Positions 19,834 to 29,158 are shown, numbered from the stretch's first letter. The stretch: DNA of 64,000 bases from Spirochaetaceae bacterium UBA4077 (GCA_002383375.1 DFYR01000040.1:5522-69521); one strand, 5' to 3'. Program-made: numbers and translations. Notes: generated by a model not told the origin, from the sequence alone.

Positions 19834-20663
19834 CAGAGCGCTCTCAGGATAGCCCCGATCAGGGCTTTCAGCCTGCCCGAGGCTTCCCCGGCAGCCAGGG
19901 ATACCTCTTCGCCCGAGAGTTTTTCCAGCCCGATGCCCGCCGCCATGTTGGTGATGAGGGAGAGGCCCAGGATATCCATGCCGCAGTGGGCAGCGGTGAG
20001 CGCTTCGGTGACCGTGGACATGCCCACAGCATCTCCGCCCAGGATCCTGGCGGCCCTTATTTCCGCCGGGGTTTCGAACTGGGGTCCACCGAAATAGAAA
20101 TACACCCCCTCCCGAACCCTATCCTTCAGGCCGAGGGTCTCCGCCTGGGCTAGGGCGAGGGATCGCAGGGCAGGGCTGTACATGCCGGTAACATCGAAGA
20201 AGCGGGGGCCGAATTCCGGAATATTGGAACCTCGCATGGGACTGCCCAAGGCGAATTTGATGTGATCTCGTATGATCATTATATCGCCCACCCGGTAGCT
20301 TTCATTCACCGCCCCGGCGGCGTTGGTGAGGATGGTCCGCTTTACGCCCAAGAGCTTGAGCACCCGCATTGGGGCGGCCAACTCCTCGAAGGCGTAGCCT
20401 TCGTAGTAGTGGAAGCGCCCTGACATGCAGGCAATGAATTTCCCCTCCAGGGTACCGAACACAAATTTTCCCGCATGTGACTCCACGGTGGAGACCAAAA
20501 AATTGGGGATGTCCCTGTAGTCAACCTCTACTGGATTTTCGATTCCCTCGGCGAGGGATCCCAGGGATGAGCCCAGGACCAGGGCGGTTTCGGGGTTCTG
20601 GGGCAGCTTCTCCAGAATATAGTCAGCGCTCTTTTTGTAATAACCGATAGAATATGGTGACAT
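19833..20663 (-). CDS. purine nucleoside phosphorylase family protein (PNP/MTAP family)
   Basis: SGRFHYYEGY, GGDAVGMSTVTE, and about 276 aa. RBS GAGGAGAAGG before the ATG at 20663. Confidence 0.85.
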   Translation of the reverse strand: MSPYSIGYYKKSADYILEKLPQNPETALVLGSSLGSLAEGIENPVEVDYRDIPNFLVSTVESHAGKFVFGTLEGKFIACMSGRFHYYEGYAFEELAAPMRVLKLLGVKRTILTNAAGAVNESYRVGDIMIIRDHIKFALGSPMRGSNIPEFGPRFFDVTGMYSPALRSLALAQAETLGLKDRVREGVYFYFGGPQFETPAEIRAARILGGDAVGMSTVTEALTAAHCGMDILGLSLITNMAAGIGLEKLSGEEVSLAAGEASGRLKALIGAILRAL

Positions 20664-20832
20664 GGGCCTTCTCCTCGACGTTGCGGATATTCTACACCAG
20701 CCGAGGATCTTATTCCAACCATAACTTTTAGGGATGACCGATGCTCATGTATTGGAAGAAAGCTGCTTTCTATCGCCTGTTGCCCGAAACGCGATTCAAG
20801 ACCTATACTGACCATAGGGAGAATTATTAATT

Positions 20833-21933
20833 ATGACAGCCCTCGGCTCTATTACCCATGAAAAAAAAGCTACTATCATGGTGGTGGACGACACCCAGGA
20901 AAATCTTGTGCTCCTGGCCACCATACTTCAGCCCGAAGGCTATAAGGTGATGACACTTCCGGACGGCAAGATGGCCGTGGATGCGGCGCGGCTGCGGAAT
21001 CCAGACCTGATCCTGATGGATATCATGATGCCCAAGATGGATGGATATACGGCTTGCGGTATACTCAAAGCTGATCCTAAAACAGCCTCTATACCGATCA
21101 TCTTTTTAAGCGCCCTTTCGGATCCGGCGGATAAAATAAAGGCCTTTGAAAAGGGCGCAGTGGACTACATCACTAAACCTTTCAATGTCATGGAAGTGCG
21201 GGCGCGGGTAGGCGTACACCTTGAACTGAAGTTCCTGCGCGCGGAATTGGAGTCGCACAACGCGCAGCTCGAAGAAAAAGTGAGGCAGCAGGTGGAAGAA
21301 CTCTCCCAAGGCCACCTTTCGCTTATAACCACCATGACCAAGCTTGCCACGGTGAGAGACACCGAAACGGGGGAGCATATCGAGCGCACGCGGCGGCTTT
21401 GCCGCCTGATGGCTCAGCTTTTAAGCAAAGAGCCAGAGTTTTCCTCGGTGGTGAACCAGGGCTTTATAGAAAACATCTACAACGCCAGCCCTTTGCACGA
21501 TATCGGCAAGGTAGCCATCAGCGATGCGATTTTACGCAAGGATGACGAACTTACGCCGGAAGAATACGAACGCATGAAGCAGCACACGGTAATAGGCGCC
21601 GAGTACCTCGCCCAGGCTTTGGCCAAGTCGCCCAAGAATAGCTACCTGAAGATGGGCATGGAGATAGCCGGCAACCATCATGAGCATTGGGACGGCTCGG
21701 GATATCCTGCCGCCATCAGCGGCCGGGATATCCCTTTAAGCGCAAGGATCATGAGTCTATTGGATGTCTACGACGCGCTCAGGTCCCAGCGCGTATACAA
21801 GAACGCCATTGATCACGAAGAGGTTGTCGCCATGATAGCAGAACAGCGAGGTATAAGTTTCGACCCGGCGATAGTGGACATTTTTTTGGAGCATCACCGA
21901 GAATTCGAAACTACCCGCGACGCCAGCGATTAA
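20833..21933 (+). CDS. response regulator with HD-GYP domain (RpfG-like c-di-GMP phosphodiesterase)
   Basis: REC domain (MVVDDTQEN...LILMDIMMPKMDG) followed by HD-GYP motifs HDIGKV and HHEHWDGSGYP. Confidence 0.9.
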   Translation: MTALGSITHEKKATIMVVDDTQENLVLLATILQPEGYKVMTLPDGKMAVDAARLRNPDLILMDIMMPKMDGYTACGILKADPKTASIPIIFLSALSDPADKIKAFEKGAVDYITKPFNVMEVRARVGVHLELKFLRAELESHNAQLEEKVRQQVEELSQGHLSLITTMTKLATVRDTETGEHIERTRRLCRLMAQLLSKEPEFSSVVNQGFIENIYNASPLHDIGKVAISDAILRKDDELTPEEYERMKQHTVIGAEYLAQALAKSPKNSYLKMGMEIAGNHHEHWDGSGYPAAISGRDIPLSARIMSLLDVYDALRSQRVYKNAIDHEEVVAMIAEQRGISFDPAIVDIFLEHHREFETTRDASD

Positions 21934-21958
21934 TCGCACAACGCTAAGTTTATAGTAA

Positions 21959-24922
21959 TCATTCCTTGCCGTTAGTCAGCATCAGCAGTCGATCCATCTG
22001 GAATTTTTCAGAAAGCTCGTTAAGGGTTTCGCCTAGATTTTTGTCAAGACCTGAAATTTCCTTGGCGATCTGGGCGACCTCTTCCAGGTCTCCTGAGATT
22101 ATGGAATCGCGTAATTTTTTAGCCATAGAATCGGGAATTAACGTTAGACGATATAGTAGCTCTTCATTTTGGAGCAGGGCTGTGTTTTGGCCTTCCTGAT
22201 CATCGATGCAGCTATATTCTATGCAGGCCAGGCGCTTTATTTCTGCGAGCAGGAGAGTCTCATCCACCGGCTTGGCTAATAAGCCATCGGCGCCTAGCGC
22301 GTTTATGTCGATTTTTTGATTTTCCTGCAGACTTCCGGTCATTACGATGACTCCGAGCTTGCGGCCACCAGGCAGGTCGCGTAGAGCCTGAATCAGCTCT
22401 CGGCTGCTGATGCCGGGCATGACCAGGTCGAGTATCGCTATATCGAAAGGCCGTGCGCGGAAGGCCTCGATGGCGGATTCGCCGTTTTCGGCCTGCTCGA
22501 CGGCAAAGCCGATGGGCGAGAGCATCTTGTCCACGATATCCCTGTTTATCGCCTTGTCGTCAACCACGAGAATACTGGGCGCTTTAGGGCTGGCAATAGA
22601 GAGCACCTTCGAAGCTAGGGCTTGGTCATGCAAAATCCCTTCCTCACAGTCGGGAGCCCTGATGGTAAAGCTGAAGGTGCTGCCCTTTCCGGGCTTGCTC
22701 TTAACTCTGATCTTCCCTTCTAAAAGCTCGCAGTAGGTTTTGCATATCGCTAAGCCCAACCCCGTTCCTCCCTGGCTGCGTCCCTCTTTAGTCTGCTCGA
22801 AAGGTTGAAAAAGTCTGGGAAGGGCGGTGGCTGGAATCCCCTTGCCCGTATCGCGCACGGAAAATTCCAGTTCATCCACGGCCTGAGCCGATCTGGCGGC
22901 GTAAATTTCGATAGATCCCGAGTCGGTAAACTTTATGGCGTTGCCCACCAAATTGATGAGAATTTGCTTCAGCTTGGAGCGATCGGTCTTTACGCAGGCG
23001 GGAAGATCTTCATGCGCCGTAATGGAAAAAGCCAATCCCTTTCGTGACGCCTGGCCTGAAAACAGGCTCCGAATCTCATCCAAGATTACCAAGGGCTGGC
23101 AGGGTGCTATGTCCAGCTGAATCTTGCCAGCCTCAATTCTCGACATCTCCAAGACCTCGTTGATGAGGCCGAGTAAATGCTCTCCGCTGGTATTGATCGT
23201 TTCTATCTGGCGCAGCGATTCTTGGGAGAGCGTCCTGTCCCGCATGAGAATCTGTGAATAGCCTAAAATAGCGTTCAAGGGGGTTCGGATTTCGTGGGAT
23301 ATGCCTGCAAAAAAGCTGCTTTTTGTCCGGTTGGCCTCTTCGGCTTCCTGCCTGGCTGCACGAAGTTTGTCCTCGGTTGCCATGTGCTCGGAAATTTCTT
23401 TCTTCAATTCCTGGTTAATGTATTTGATATCCTTTGTCCTCTCGGCTATGCCCTCTTCCAGGTTGAGCACAGCTTTGGTGAGGCTGTCATAGAATTTATT
23501 TATTCCTCCCAGGACTGCGAAGAAAAGCATGAAAAAGGACAAGACCGAGAAAGGCCAGGAGCGGGGTGAAAGAAAGAATGAAGGATTCGTGCTGAATGGT
23601 TGGAGGACACCAATATAGCTCAGTACGAGAGTAAGGAGAGTGACTAAGAGCCCTAATGTCAGAGTAGCGATTCCGAGACGCCGGCCTTGAAGTATGGAGG
23701 CGAGAATGGCCGCCAGGAAGAAATAGGAAAATCCGATGCCGCTGTTACCCCTGGCCAGTGTGATAACAGTGCCGGAGATGAGGAGAAATCCCATAAGCCC
23801 CGTGGTTTTCAGTGCAAGGTTTACTCTTTTTTTAAAGAATACATGGAAGATAGGAACTATTTGGGCGGGGACGAAAAACCAGATAAAGGGATCTCCTCCC
23901 ACAGTGAAGGCGTAATGAAGGGCTAGAAAACCCAGGGGCAGCGCGAAAATCGAATACGCCGCTAGGCTACTGTCTACAATCGACTCGCGGATATCGCCCA
24001 TGCTCTGGAGATTGCTGTAAAACTGCTCTATCTGGATCTTGTCCCGGCGCCCGATCTTCATCACATAAATAACTACAAGAATTAAAAAGAGAAGACCGAT
24101 TCCAACAAGGCTTAGCCTGCCAATTAAAGCCTGGGTTTCGGCTTCCTTGGAAATCTGGGGCTTGAGGAAGGTATCGAAGGCTTGGTGATAGGCGCTGTTC
24201 GGCGTGCTGATCAATGCGCTCAACCGCGTGTCTATTAGGGTGATCAATGCCTGGTTGTAGGCAGCTCCCTTCGGAAAGGCATAACGAATTTGGCTGGGAC
24301 TAAAGGAAATGGATGTTCTGTGGGGGTTGCCCCCGACCTCGTTCATGAGACCGAAGAGTCGGTTTACCACCGCTGCGTCGGCCATGCCATTTCGTATAGC
24401 CGCAAAACATTCTTCCTGGGACTCCAGTTCGAGTATGTCGATTGTAATACCGAATTCCTGGGCGAGTTTTTTAACCCCCTGCTCCCCAGAGGCATAAATA
24501 CTGTCTTTCATAACCGCCACCCGAGTCCCGTCGAGATCGGTGATACTGTTGATTGATGAGAGCTGGGATGTGTAGACCACCCCCCAGTTGGTTATGACAG
24601 ATACGGAAGTGAAATCGAAATTGTGGGACCTTTCCTCCGAATAGGCCATGTCCAGGAGCATATCGATTTCGCCCCGTTCGAGCTTCGCTACGATATCATC
24701 CCATGTATCGACCACGTATTCTTTGCGAATGCCTGTACCTTCCAGAATGGCGTCCAACAGGGAGATATGGAATCCGGACACAGTTCCGTCCGGCGAAATA
24801 GTCAGCTTAGGAGGATTGTTGTATACACCAATTTTGAGGGAGTCGGGGAGCTTGAGCCCTTCGGTGCCATATACCGCCCCGCACATAGCCAGGAACAGGG
24901 CAATTATCCAAAACTTTTTCAA
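21959..24922 (-). CDS. hybrid sensor histidine kinase (periplasmic SBP_bac_3-like sensor, multi-TM, HisKA/HATPase, REC, His-less C-terminal tail)
   Basis: Signal/TM region, then a type-3 solute-binding-like domain and about 6-7 TM helices. H-box SHEIRTPLN; NLVGNAIKFT, DTGKGI and GGTGLGLAI boxes; REC ILVVDDKAINR...DLVMPG. TTG start at 24922 after GAGGA. Confidence 0.9.
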   Translation of the reverse strand: MKKFWIIALFLAMCGAVYGTEGLKLPDSLKIGVYNNPPKLTISPDGTVSGFHISLLDAILEGTGIRKEYVVDTWDDIVAKLERGEIDMLLDMAYSEERSHNFDFTSVSVITNWGVVYTSQLSSINSITDLDGTRVAVMKDSIYASGEQGVKKLAQEFGITIDILELESQEECFAAIRNGMADAAVVNRLFGLMNEVGGNPHRTSISFSPSQIRYAFPKGAAYNQALITLIDTRLSALISTPNSAYHQAFDTFLKPQISKEAETQALIGRLSLVGIGLLFLILVVIYVMKIGRRDKIQIEQFYSNLQSMGDIRESIVDSSLAAYSIFALPLGFLALHYAFTVGGDPFIWFFVPAQIVPIFHVFFKKRVNLALKTTGLMGFLLISGTVITLARGNSGIGFSYFFLAAILASILQGRRLGIATLTLGLLVTLLTLVLSYIGVLQPFSTNPSFFLSPRSWPFSVLSFFMLFFAVLGGINKFYDSLTKAVLNLEEGIAERTKDIKYINQELKKEISEHMATEDKLRAARQEAEEANRTKSSFFAGISHEIRTPLNAILGYSQILMRDRTLSQESLRQIETINTSGEHLLGLINEVLEMSRIEAGKIQLDIAPCQPLVILDEIRSLFSGQASRKGLAFSITAHEDLPACVKTDRSKLKQILINLVGNAIKFTDSGSIEIYAARSAQAVDELEFSVRDTGKGIPATALPRLFQPFEQTKEGRSQGGTGLGLAICKTYCELLEGKIRVKSKPGKGSTFSFTIRAPDCEEGILHDQALASKVLSIASPKAPSILVVDDKAINRDIVDKMLSPIGFAVEQAENGESAIEAFRARPFDIAILDLVMPGISSRELIQALRDLPGGRKLGVIVMTGSLQENQKIDINALGADGLLAKPVDETLLLAEIKRLACIEYSCIDDQEGQNTALLQNEELLYRLTLIPDSMAKKLRDSIISGDLEEVAQIAKEISGLDKNLGETLNELSEKFQMDRLLMLTNGKE

Positions 24923-25056
24923 ATTATCCTCAATAACTTTTAATATCCTTCGCTAGTATAATGGAATCGAAAAAAAATGCAAAGAGGTATGCTGCGGTGG
25001 TTTTTCTCCATTCCGGCTGGCTGCGTCGCCTTTGCCCTTAGTAGGAAAAATAGTAT

Positions 25057-25121
25057 TTGACAAAACACGGAACCTGATCGATACTGAGTTTCACTGGTTA
25101 ACCAGTTTGGTTAACCAGTTT
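25057..25121 (+). promoter_or_regulatory. promoter candidate plus tandem palindromic GntR-type operator
   Basis: TTGACA (25057-25062), 17-nt spacer, GATACT (25080-25085). An exact 13-bp tandem repeat TGGTTAACCAGTT occupies 25095-25107 and 25108-25120, and the first copy lies inside the 14-bp perfect palindrome ACTGGTTAACCAGT (25093-25106). Confidence 0.5.
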
Positions 25122-25132
25122 GAAAGGAAAGG

Positions 25133-25957
25133 ATGGCCAGCCTGGTGGAAAAGACAGGGAGCGTAAAAAACGAAGCGGAACTTCGGGTATTCAAGTACCT
25201 GAGGGATGAAATGGCCTTCGGAAGGCTCAAGGCCGGGGTCAAGCTTCCTTCGGAACGCTCTCTGGTTGAGGTGCTTGGAATAAGTCGGGGTTATGTGCGC
25301 AAAGCGCTAGCTAAGCTGGAGCACTATGGGCTTATAAAAACCTTGCCCAAGAGCGGCACGATCGTTGCCGACCTGGGGCCCAAGGCGATAACCGGCCTTA
25401 TCGCCGCTATCGGCAACCTGGATGAGGCCTTCGATCCGAGCAGCCTATTCGAAATACGGGATGTGCTGGAGGTTTTTGCGGCGGGACAGGCAGCCCGTAA
25501 GTGCAATAAAGAGGGAGTGGCGGAAATATTGAAATGGCACGGCGAGTTCAAGACTAAAGCCGACAAAGGCCAACGGGCTTTGGATGAAGACCATCTTTTC
25601 CACCTTGCCATAGCCAAGGCCAGCGGAAATCCGGTCTGCATTTCTCTGGTCAGTTATATAACACCCCAGATAATTTCGCTTAACGCAGACTTCGCCGAGA
25701 GCGATCCGGAGCGTTTCTCCCATACCTTCGCCGAGCATGATGCGATCGTGAAAGGGATCCTGGGATCTGATCCCGGAGCCGCGGAAAAGGCCATGCGCTT
25801 TCACATGCAACAGGCATGGAAGAGAAGACTCCCCGGTCTGCCGCAGGGGACAACGGCCGCGCCTTTACAGGATGTAGGGGCTGGCCTTTCCTCGGTGCGC
25901 ATCGCCCGGGCAGCCCTTGATCAAGGCAGCTTTGTCCAGACACATGGACTTGCGTAG
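25133..25957 (+). CDS. GntR/FadR-family transcriptional regulator
   Basis: wHTH LPSERSLVEVLGISRGYVRKALAKLEHYGLIKT with an FCD-like C-terminal domain, followed by a non-conserved tail. Confidence 0.85.
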   Translation: MASLVEKTGSVKNEAELRVFKYLRDEMAFGRLKAGVKLPSERSLVEVLGISRGYVRKALAKLEHYGLIKTLPKSGTIVADLGPKAITGLIAAIGNLDEAFDPSSLFEIRDVLEVFAAGQAARKCNKEGVAEILKWHGEFKTKADKGQRALDEDHLFHLAIAKASGNPVCISLVSYITPQIISLNADFAESDPERFSHTFAEHDAIVKGILGSDPGAAEKAMRFHMQQAWKRRLPGLPQGTTAAPLQDVGAGLSSVRIARAALDQGSFVQTHGLA

Positions 25958-25996
25958 GGTTTTTTTTTTTAGGTTCCATTTTCCAAGGAGGTTCGA

Positions 25997-27226
25997 ATGA
26001 TGAAAAGAATCATGATGGCGGCGCTGGCGATGGCCATGGTCTTCGCCTTCACGGTCTCCGCCGCGGACAAGGTCACCGTCACCCACTGGTACTGGGCCGA
26101 CAATCCCAAGTACTCAGCCACGATGCAGCAGATGGCCGCGGATTTCAACGCGACCAACGGCAAGGGCATCACCGTGGTGGCCCAGGAGTATCCCTGGGAC
26201 GGCGGCGCCTATTCCCAGACCCTCTTCACGGCGGTGATGGGCGGCGGCGGGCCGGACACTTCGTCCTTCAAGCTCACCTCGACCCCGCTGTTCACCGCGA
26301 ACAACCTGCTGGTCAACCTGGACGGCTACCTTAACTCATGGAAGGACAAAAGCCTCATCGAGGCAAGCCTCTACGACACGATGCGCCAGGCCTCGGGCAC
26401 CAAGAGCGTGTACGTGATGCCCTGGAACACCCAGGTGCTCTACGTCTACTACAGGCCTTCCCTTATGAAGAAAGCCGGGATCGACGTGCCCAAGACCTAT
26501 GCCGAGTTCCTCGAGGCGGCCAAGAAGCTCACCATGGACACCAACGGCGATGGCAAGGTCGATGTCTACGGCTTCGGCATGCGAGGCGCCAAGGGCGGGC
26601 AAGAACCCTGGGGCTCCTTCATCTGGGCCAGGGGCGGCAACTTCGAAAAGATGGATAGCCCCCAGGCCATTCAGGGCATGCAGGACTATGTCGATCTTTT
26701 CAAGAACGGCTATGCTCCCCCCACCGCCCCGATGGATGGCTTCAACGAGATCATCGCCAACTTCAAGTCGGGCAAGACCGCGATGACTGTCCACCACATC
26801 GGCTCGGCGGTCGGCATGATGGAGACCTTCGGCGACGACGTGGGCGCCTTCCCCTTCCCCGGTGGAGTAGGCAAGTGGACCTCCATGGGCGACACCGAGA
26901 ACGTCATGCTCAAATCGGCCAAAAACAAGGACGCGGCCTTCGAGTGGCTGGCCTACCTGGCCACCGGCAAGGGGCAGGAAACATGGTGCACCGTCACCGG
27001 CAACGTCCCCGTCTCCAAGACGGTCAAGGAACTCCCCTTCTTCCAGAACAACAGGTTCATGAAGGTTTCCATCGAGGGAGCCCCCTGGGCCGGCATACTG
27101 CCTATTCTGGACACCACCACCGATTGGATCAACAACATCTGGCCCAACACGGTTTCCTCCGCCCTCCTGGGCAAGATCTCCGCCGCCGAGGCGATGAAAA
27201 AGCTGCAGGCGGGACTCTGGGACTAA
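25997..27226 (+). CDS. sugar ABC transporter substrate-binding protein (family 1)
   Basis: Signal peptide MMKRIMMAALAMAMVFAFTVSA, SBP_bac_1-like length and composition, AAGGAGG RBS. Confidence 0.9.
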   Translation: MMKRIMMAALAMAMVFAFTVSAADKVTVTHWYWADNPKYSATMQQMAADFNATNGKGITVVAQEYPWDGGAYSQTLFTAVMGGGGPDTSSFKLTSTPLFTANNLLVNLDGYLNSWKDKSLIEASLYDTMRQASGTKSVYVMPWNTQVLYVYYRPSLMKKAGIDVPKTYAEFLEAAKKLTMDTNGDGKVDVYGFGMRGAKGGQEPWGSFIWARGGNFEKMDSPQAIQGMQDYVDLFKNGYAPPTAPMDGFNEIIANFKSGKTAMTVHHIGSAVGMMETFGDDVGAFPFPGGVGKWTSMGDTENVMLKSAKNKDAAFEWLAYLATGKGQETWCTVTGNVPVSKTVKELPFFQNNRFMKVSIEGAPWAGILPILDTTTDWINNIWPNTVSSALLGKISAAEAMKKLQAGLWD

Positions 27227-27260
27227 TCTAGCCCCTAGGATCACGAGAACAGGAAAAACG

Positions 27261-27287
27261 CCGGCCCCGGGCATAGCGCGGGGCCGG
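27261..27287 (+). terminator. intercistronic GC-rich stem-loop after the SBP gene (partial terminator or mRNA stabiliser)
   Basis: CCGGCCCCG (27261-27269), 9-nt loop, CGGGGCCGG (27279-27287), followed by TCTTTCC. It lies between the SBP and the first permease. Confidence 0.5.
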
Positions 27288-27326
27288 TCTTTCCTCAAAG
27301 ACCCGACCATCTTGCGGAGGATGTAG

Positions 27327-28211
27327 TTGATCAAGCGAAACAGCTCCATATGGCCTTATCTTCTGGTCGCTCCCGCTCTCATCGTGGTGCTCACCGTGGT
27401 ATTCGTCCCGGTGATCAACGCCATCCTCATGAGCTTCCAGAGCTACGACCTGAGGCGGCCCAGCAGGATAGGCTTCAACAATTTTAAGAACTATGTGGAA
27501 GTCCTCAAAGATCCCCTGTTCTGGGGCGCCCTCTGGAAAACCATAGTCTGGGTGGTAGCCGGCGTGGGGCTGCAGTTCGTCTTCGGCTTCATGCTCGCCC
27601 TGCTTCTGAACAAAAAATTTCCCGGCAGGGGGATTGTCCGCTCCATTAGCCTCATCCCCTGGGTGACCCCGGGCGTCCTCATAGGCCTCATGTGGCGCTG
27701 GATTTTCGACGGCAACTACGGCGTTCTCAACGATCTTCTGCTCAAGCTGGGGCTCATACAAGAATCCGTGCCCTTCCTAGCCCAGCCCTCCACCGCATTC
27801 CCTGCTGTAATCCTGACCATTGTGTGGCAGGGAATTCCCTTTTTCGCCATCATGCTCCTGGCGGGACTCCAGGCCATACCCGACGAGCTCTACAATGCCG
27901 CCGATGTGGACGGTGCCAACAGCGTGCAGAAGTTTTTTCTTATAACTGTCCCATCGCTAAAAAGCGTCATCTACGTGACCACCCTGCTCAGGGTGATCTG
28001 GGTCGCTAACTCGGTGGACGTCATTTTCAACCTCACCGAGGGCGGACCGGCTTACGCCACCCAGACCCTAAGCGTCTATATTTTCAACAAGGGCAACTCG
28101 CTCAACCTGGGCTACGCCGCCACCCTCTCCATAATGCTCACCCTGGTGCTCGCCACCGTGGCGGTACGCTACCTCAAAACAATGTTCCAGAACCAGGAGG
28201 GCAAGGCATGA
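27327..28211 (+). CDS. sugar ABC transporter permease (MalF/UgpA type)
   Basis: BPD_transp_1 with LYNAADVDGANSVQKFFLITVPSL. TTG start 6 nt after GGAGG. Confidence 0.9.
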   Translation: MIKRNSSIWPYLLVAPALIVVLTVVFVPVINAILMSFQSYDLRRPSRIGFNNFKNYVEVLKDPLFWGALWKTIVWVVAGVGLQFVFGFMLALLLNKKFPGRGIVRSISLIPWVTPGVLIGLMWRWIFDGNYGVLNDLLLKLGLIQESVPFLAQPSTAFPAVILTIVWQGIPFFAIMLLAGLQAIPDELYNAADVDGANSVQKFFLITVPSLKSVIYVTTLLRVIWVANSVDVIFNLTEGGPAYATQTLSVYIFNKGNSLNLGYAATLSIMLTLVLATVAVRYLKTMFQNQEGKA

Positions 28212-29044
28212 AAAAGCGCGGACCGGAACGCCTGAAGAGCGCCCTTTCATACCTGCTCCTGGCGGCGCTCATCATCTTTCTTCTCTTTCCCTTTTATTGG
28301 ACCTTTGTCACTTCCATTAAAACTAGCGCCGAACTCTACAGCCAGAATGTGACCTACTGGCCCAAGGCGCCCACCTTCGAGTCCTACCGAAGGCTATTCA
28401 GCGAATATAACTTTTTAAAGCCTATGGGCAACAGCCTTTTGGTGGCGGTACTTACCACCCTCATTTCGGTGACCGTGTCCGTCCTGGCTGCCTACAGCTT
28501 CTCCCGCTACCGCTTCAAGGGACGCAAATTTCTTATGTCCATGTTCCTCACGAACAACATGTTCCCCACCGTCCTCCTCCTCATCCCTCTCTACGCGATC
28601 ATGAGGAAGATCGGCATTCTCTATACCCCCGCGTCCCTGGTCCTCTCCTACACCACTTTCACCATTCCATTTTCCATCTGGCTCCTGAGCGGATTCCTGG
28701 ACGACCTTCCCCTCTCCCTGGAGGAGGCGGCCATGGTGGACGGAGCCAACAGGGCCCAGGCCTTCCTGAAGATCATCCTGCCCATACTGATGCCCGGCAT
28801 CGTGGCCACTGGGGCCTATATATTCATGAATTCCTGGAACGAGTATACCTTTGCGGTCATGTTCACCAACGAAGCCAACAGGACTATTCCTGTCGCCCTT
28901 AAGAACCTCATCGGCCAGCTCGGCGTCGAATGGGGCATGCTCACGGCGGGGGGAATAATCACTATAATTCCCGTATGCATCATGTTCTTCTTTGCCCAAA
29001 AGCGTCTGATATCGGGCCTTACCGCAGGAGCGGTAAAAGGCTAG
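28208..29044 (+). CDS. sugar ABC transporter permease (MalG/UgpE type)
   Basis: EAAMVDGANRAQAFLKIILP block. ATGA overlap with the previous permease. No ATPase gene follows. Confidence 0.9.
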   Translation: MKKRGPERLKSALSYLLLAALIIFLLFPFYWTFVTSIKTSAELYSQNVTYWPKAPTFESYRRLFSEYNFLKPMGNSLLVAVLTTLISVTVSVLAAYSFSRYRFKGRKFLMSMFLTNNMFPTVLLLIPLYAIMRKIGILYTPASLVLSYTTFTIPFSIWLLSGFLDDLPLSLEEAAMVDGANRAQAFLKIILPILMPGIVATGAYIFMNSWNEYTFAVMFTNEANRTIPVALKNLIGQLGVEWGMLTAGGIITIIPVCIMFFFAQKRLISGLTAGAVKG

Positions 29045-29158
29045 AGGCCGGGGAACCGCGAATCATCGCCTGGAACGATTACGGCCGATAGGCTGGATCC
29101 CGAGCAGGCGCCGGTATGCGGAGAATCGGCTTTCGTGTTCCATAAAGGAGTTTCGAGA

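Noticed and set aside
20689-20696. Apparent extended -10 (TGTAGAAT) for the PNP operon on the minus strand
   Set aside because: On re-reading, the TG is directly fused to the hexamer, so it is not a TGn extended -10. Only a plain TAGAAT with a mediocre -35 remains, which is too weak to list.
25960-25970. T11 homopolymer between the GntR stop and the SBP start (possible terminator tail or phase-variable tract)
   Set aside because: Only a weak 5-bp hairpin (GTCCA/TGGAC), 10 nt away, precedes the T-run, so it is not a canonical terminator. It is intergenic, so slippage would not shift a reading frame. I noted it only as a feature of the spacer.
26336-27349. 337-aa antisense ORF across the sugar SBP gene. 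Similar antisense ORFs lie at 29063-29908, 29883-30641, 35192-35902, 36106-37020, 42393-43160, 43630-44334, 44840-45649, 46844-47599, 49645-50409, 54458-55417, 59821-60678 and 60771-61373.
   Set aside because: All lie opposite genes with clear family motifs, have His/Gly/Arg/Asp-rich low-information translations and lack start-site signals. These are GC-driven shadow ORFs.
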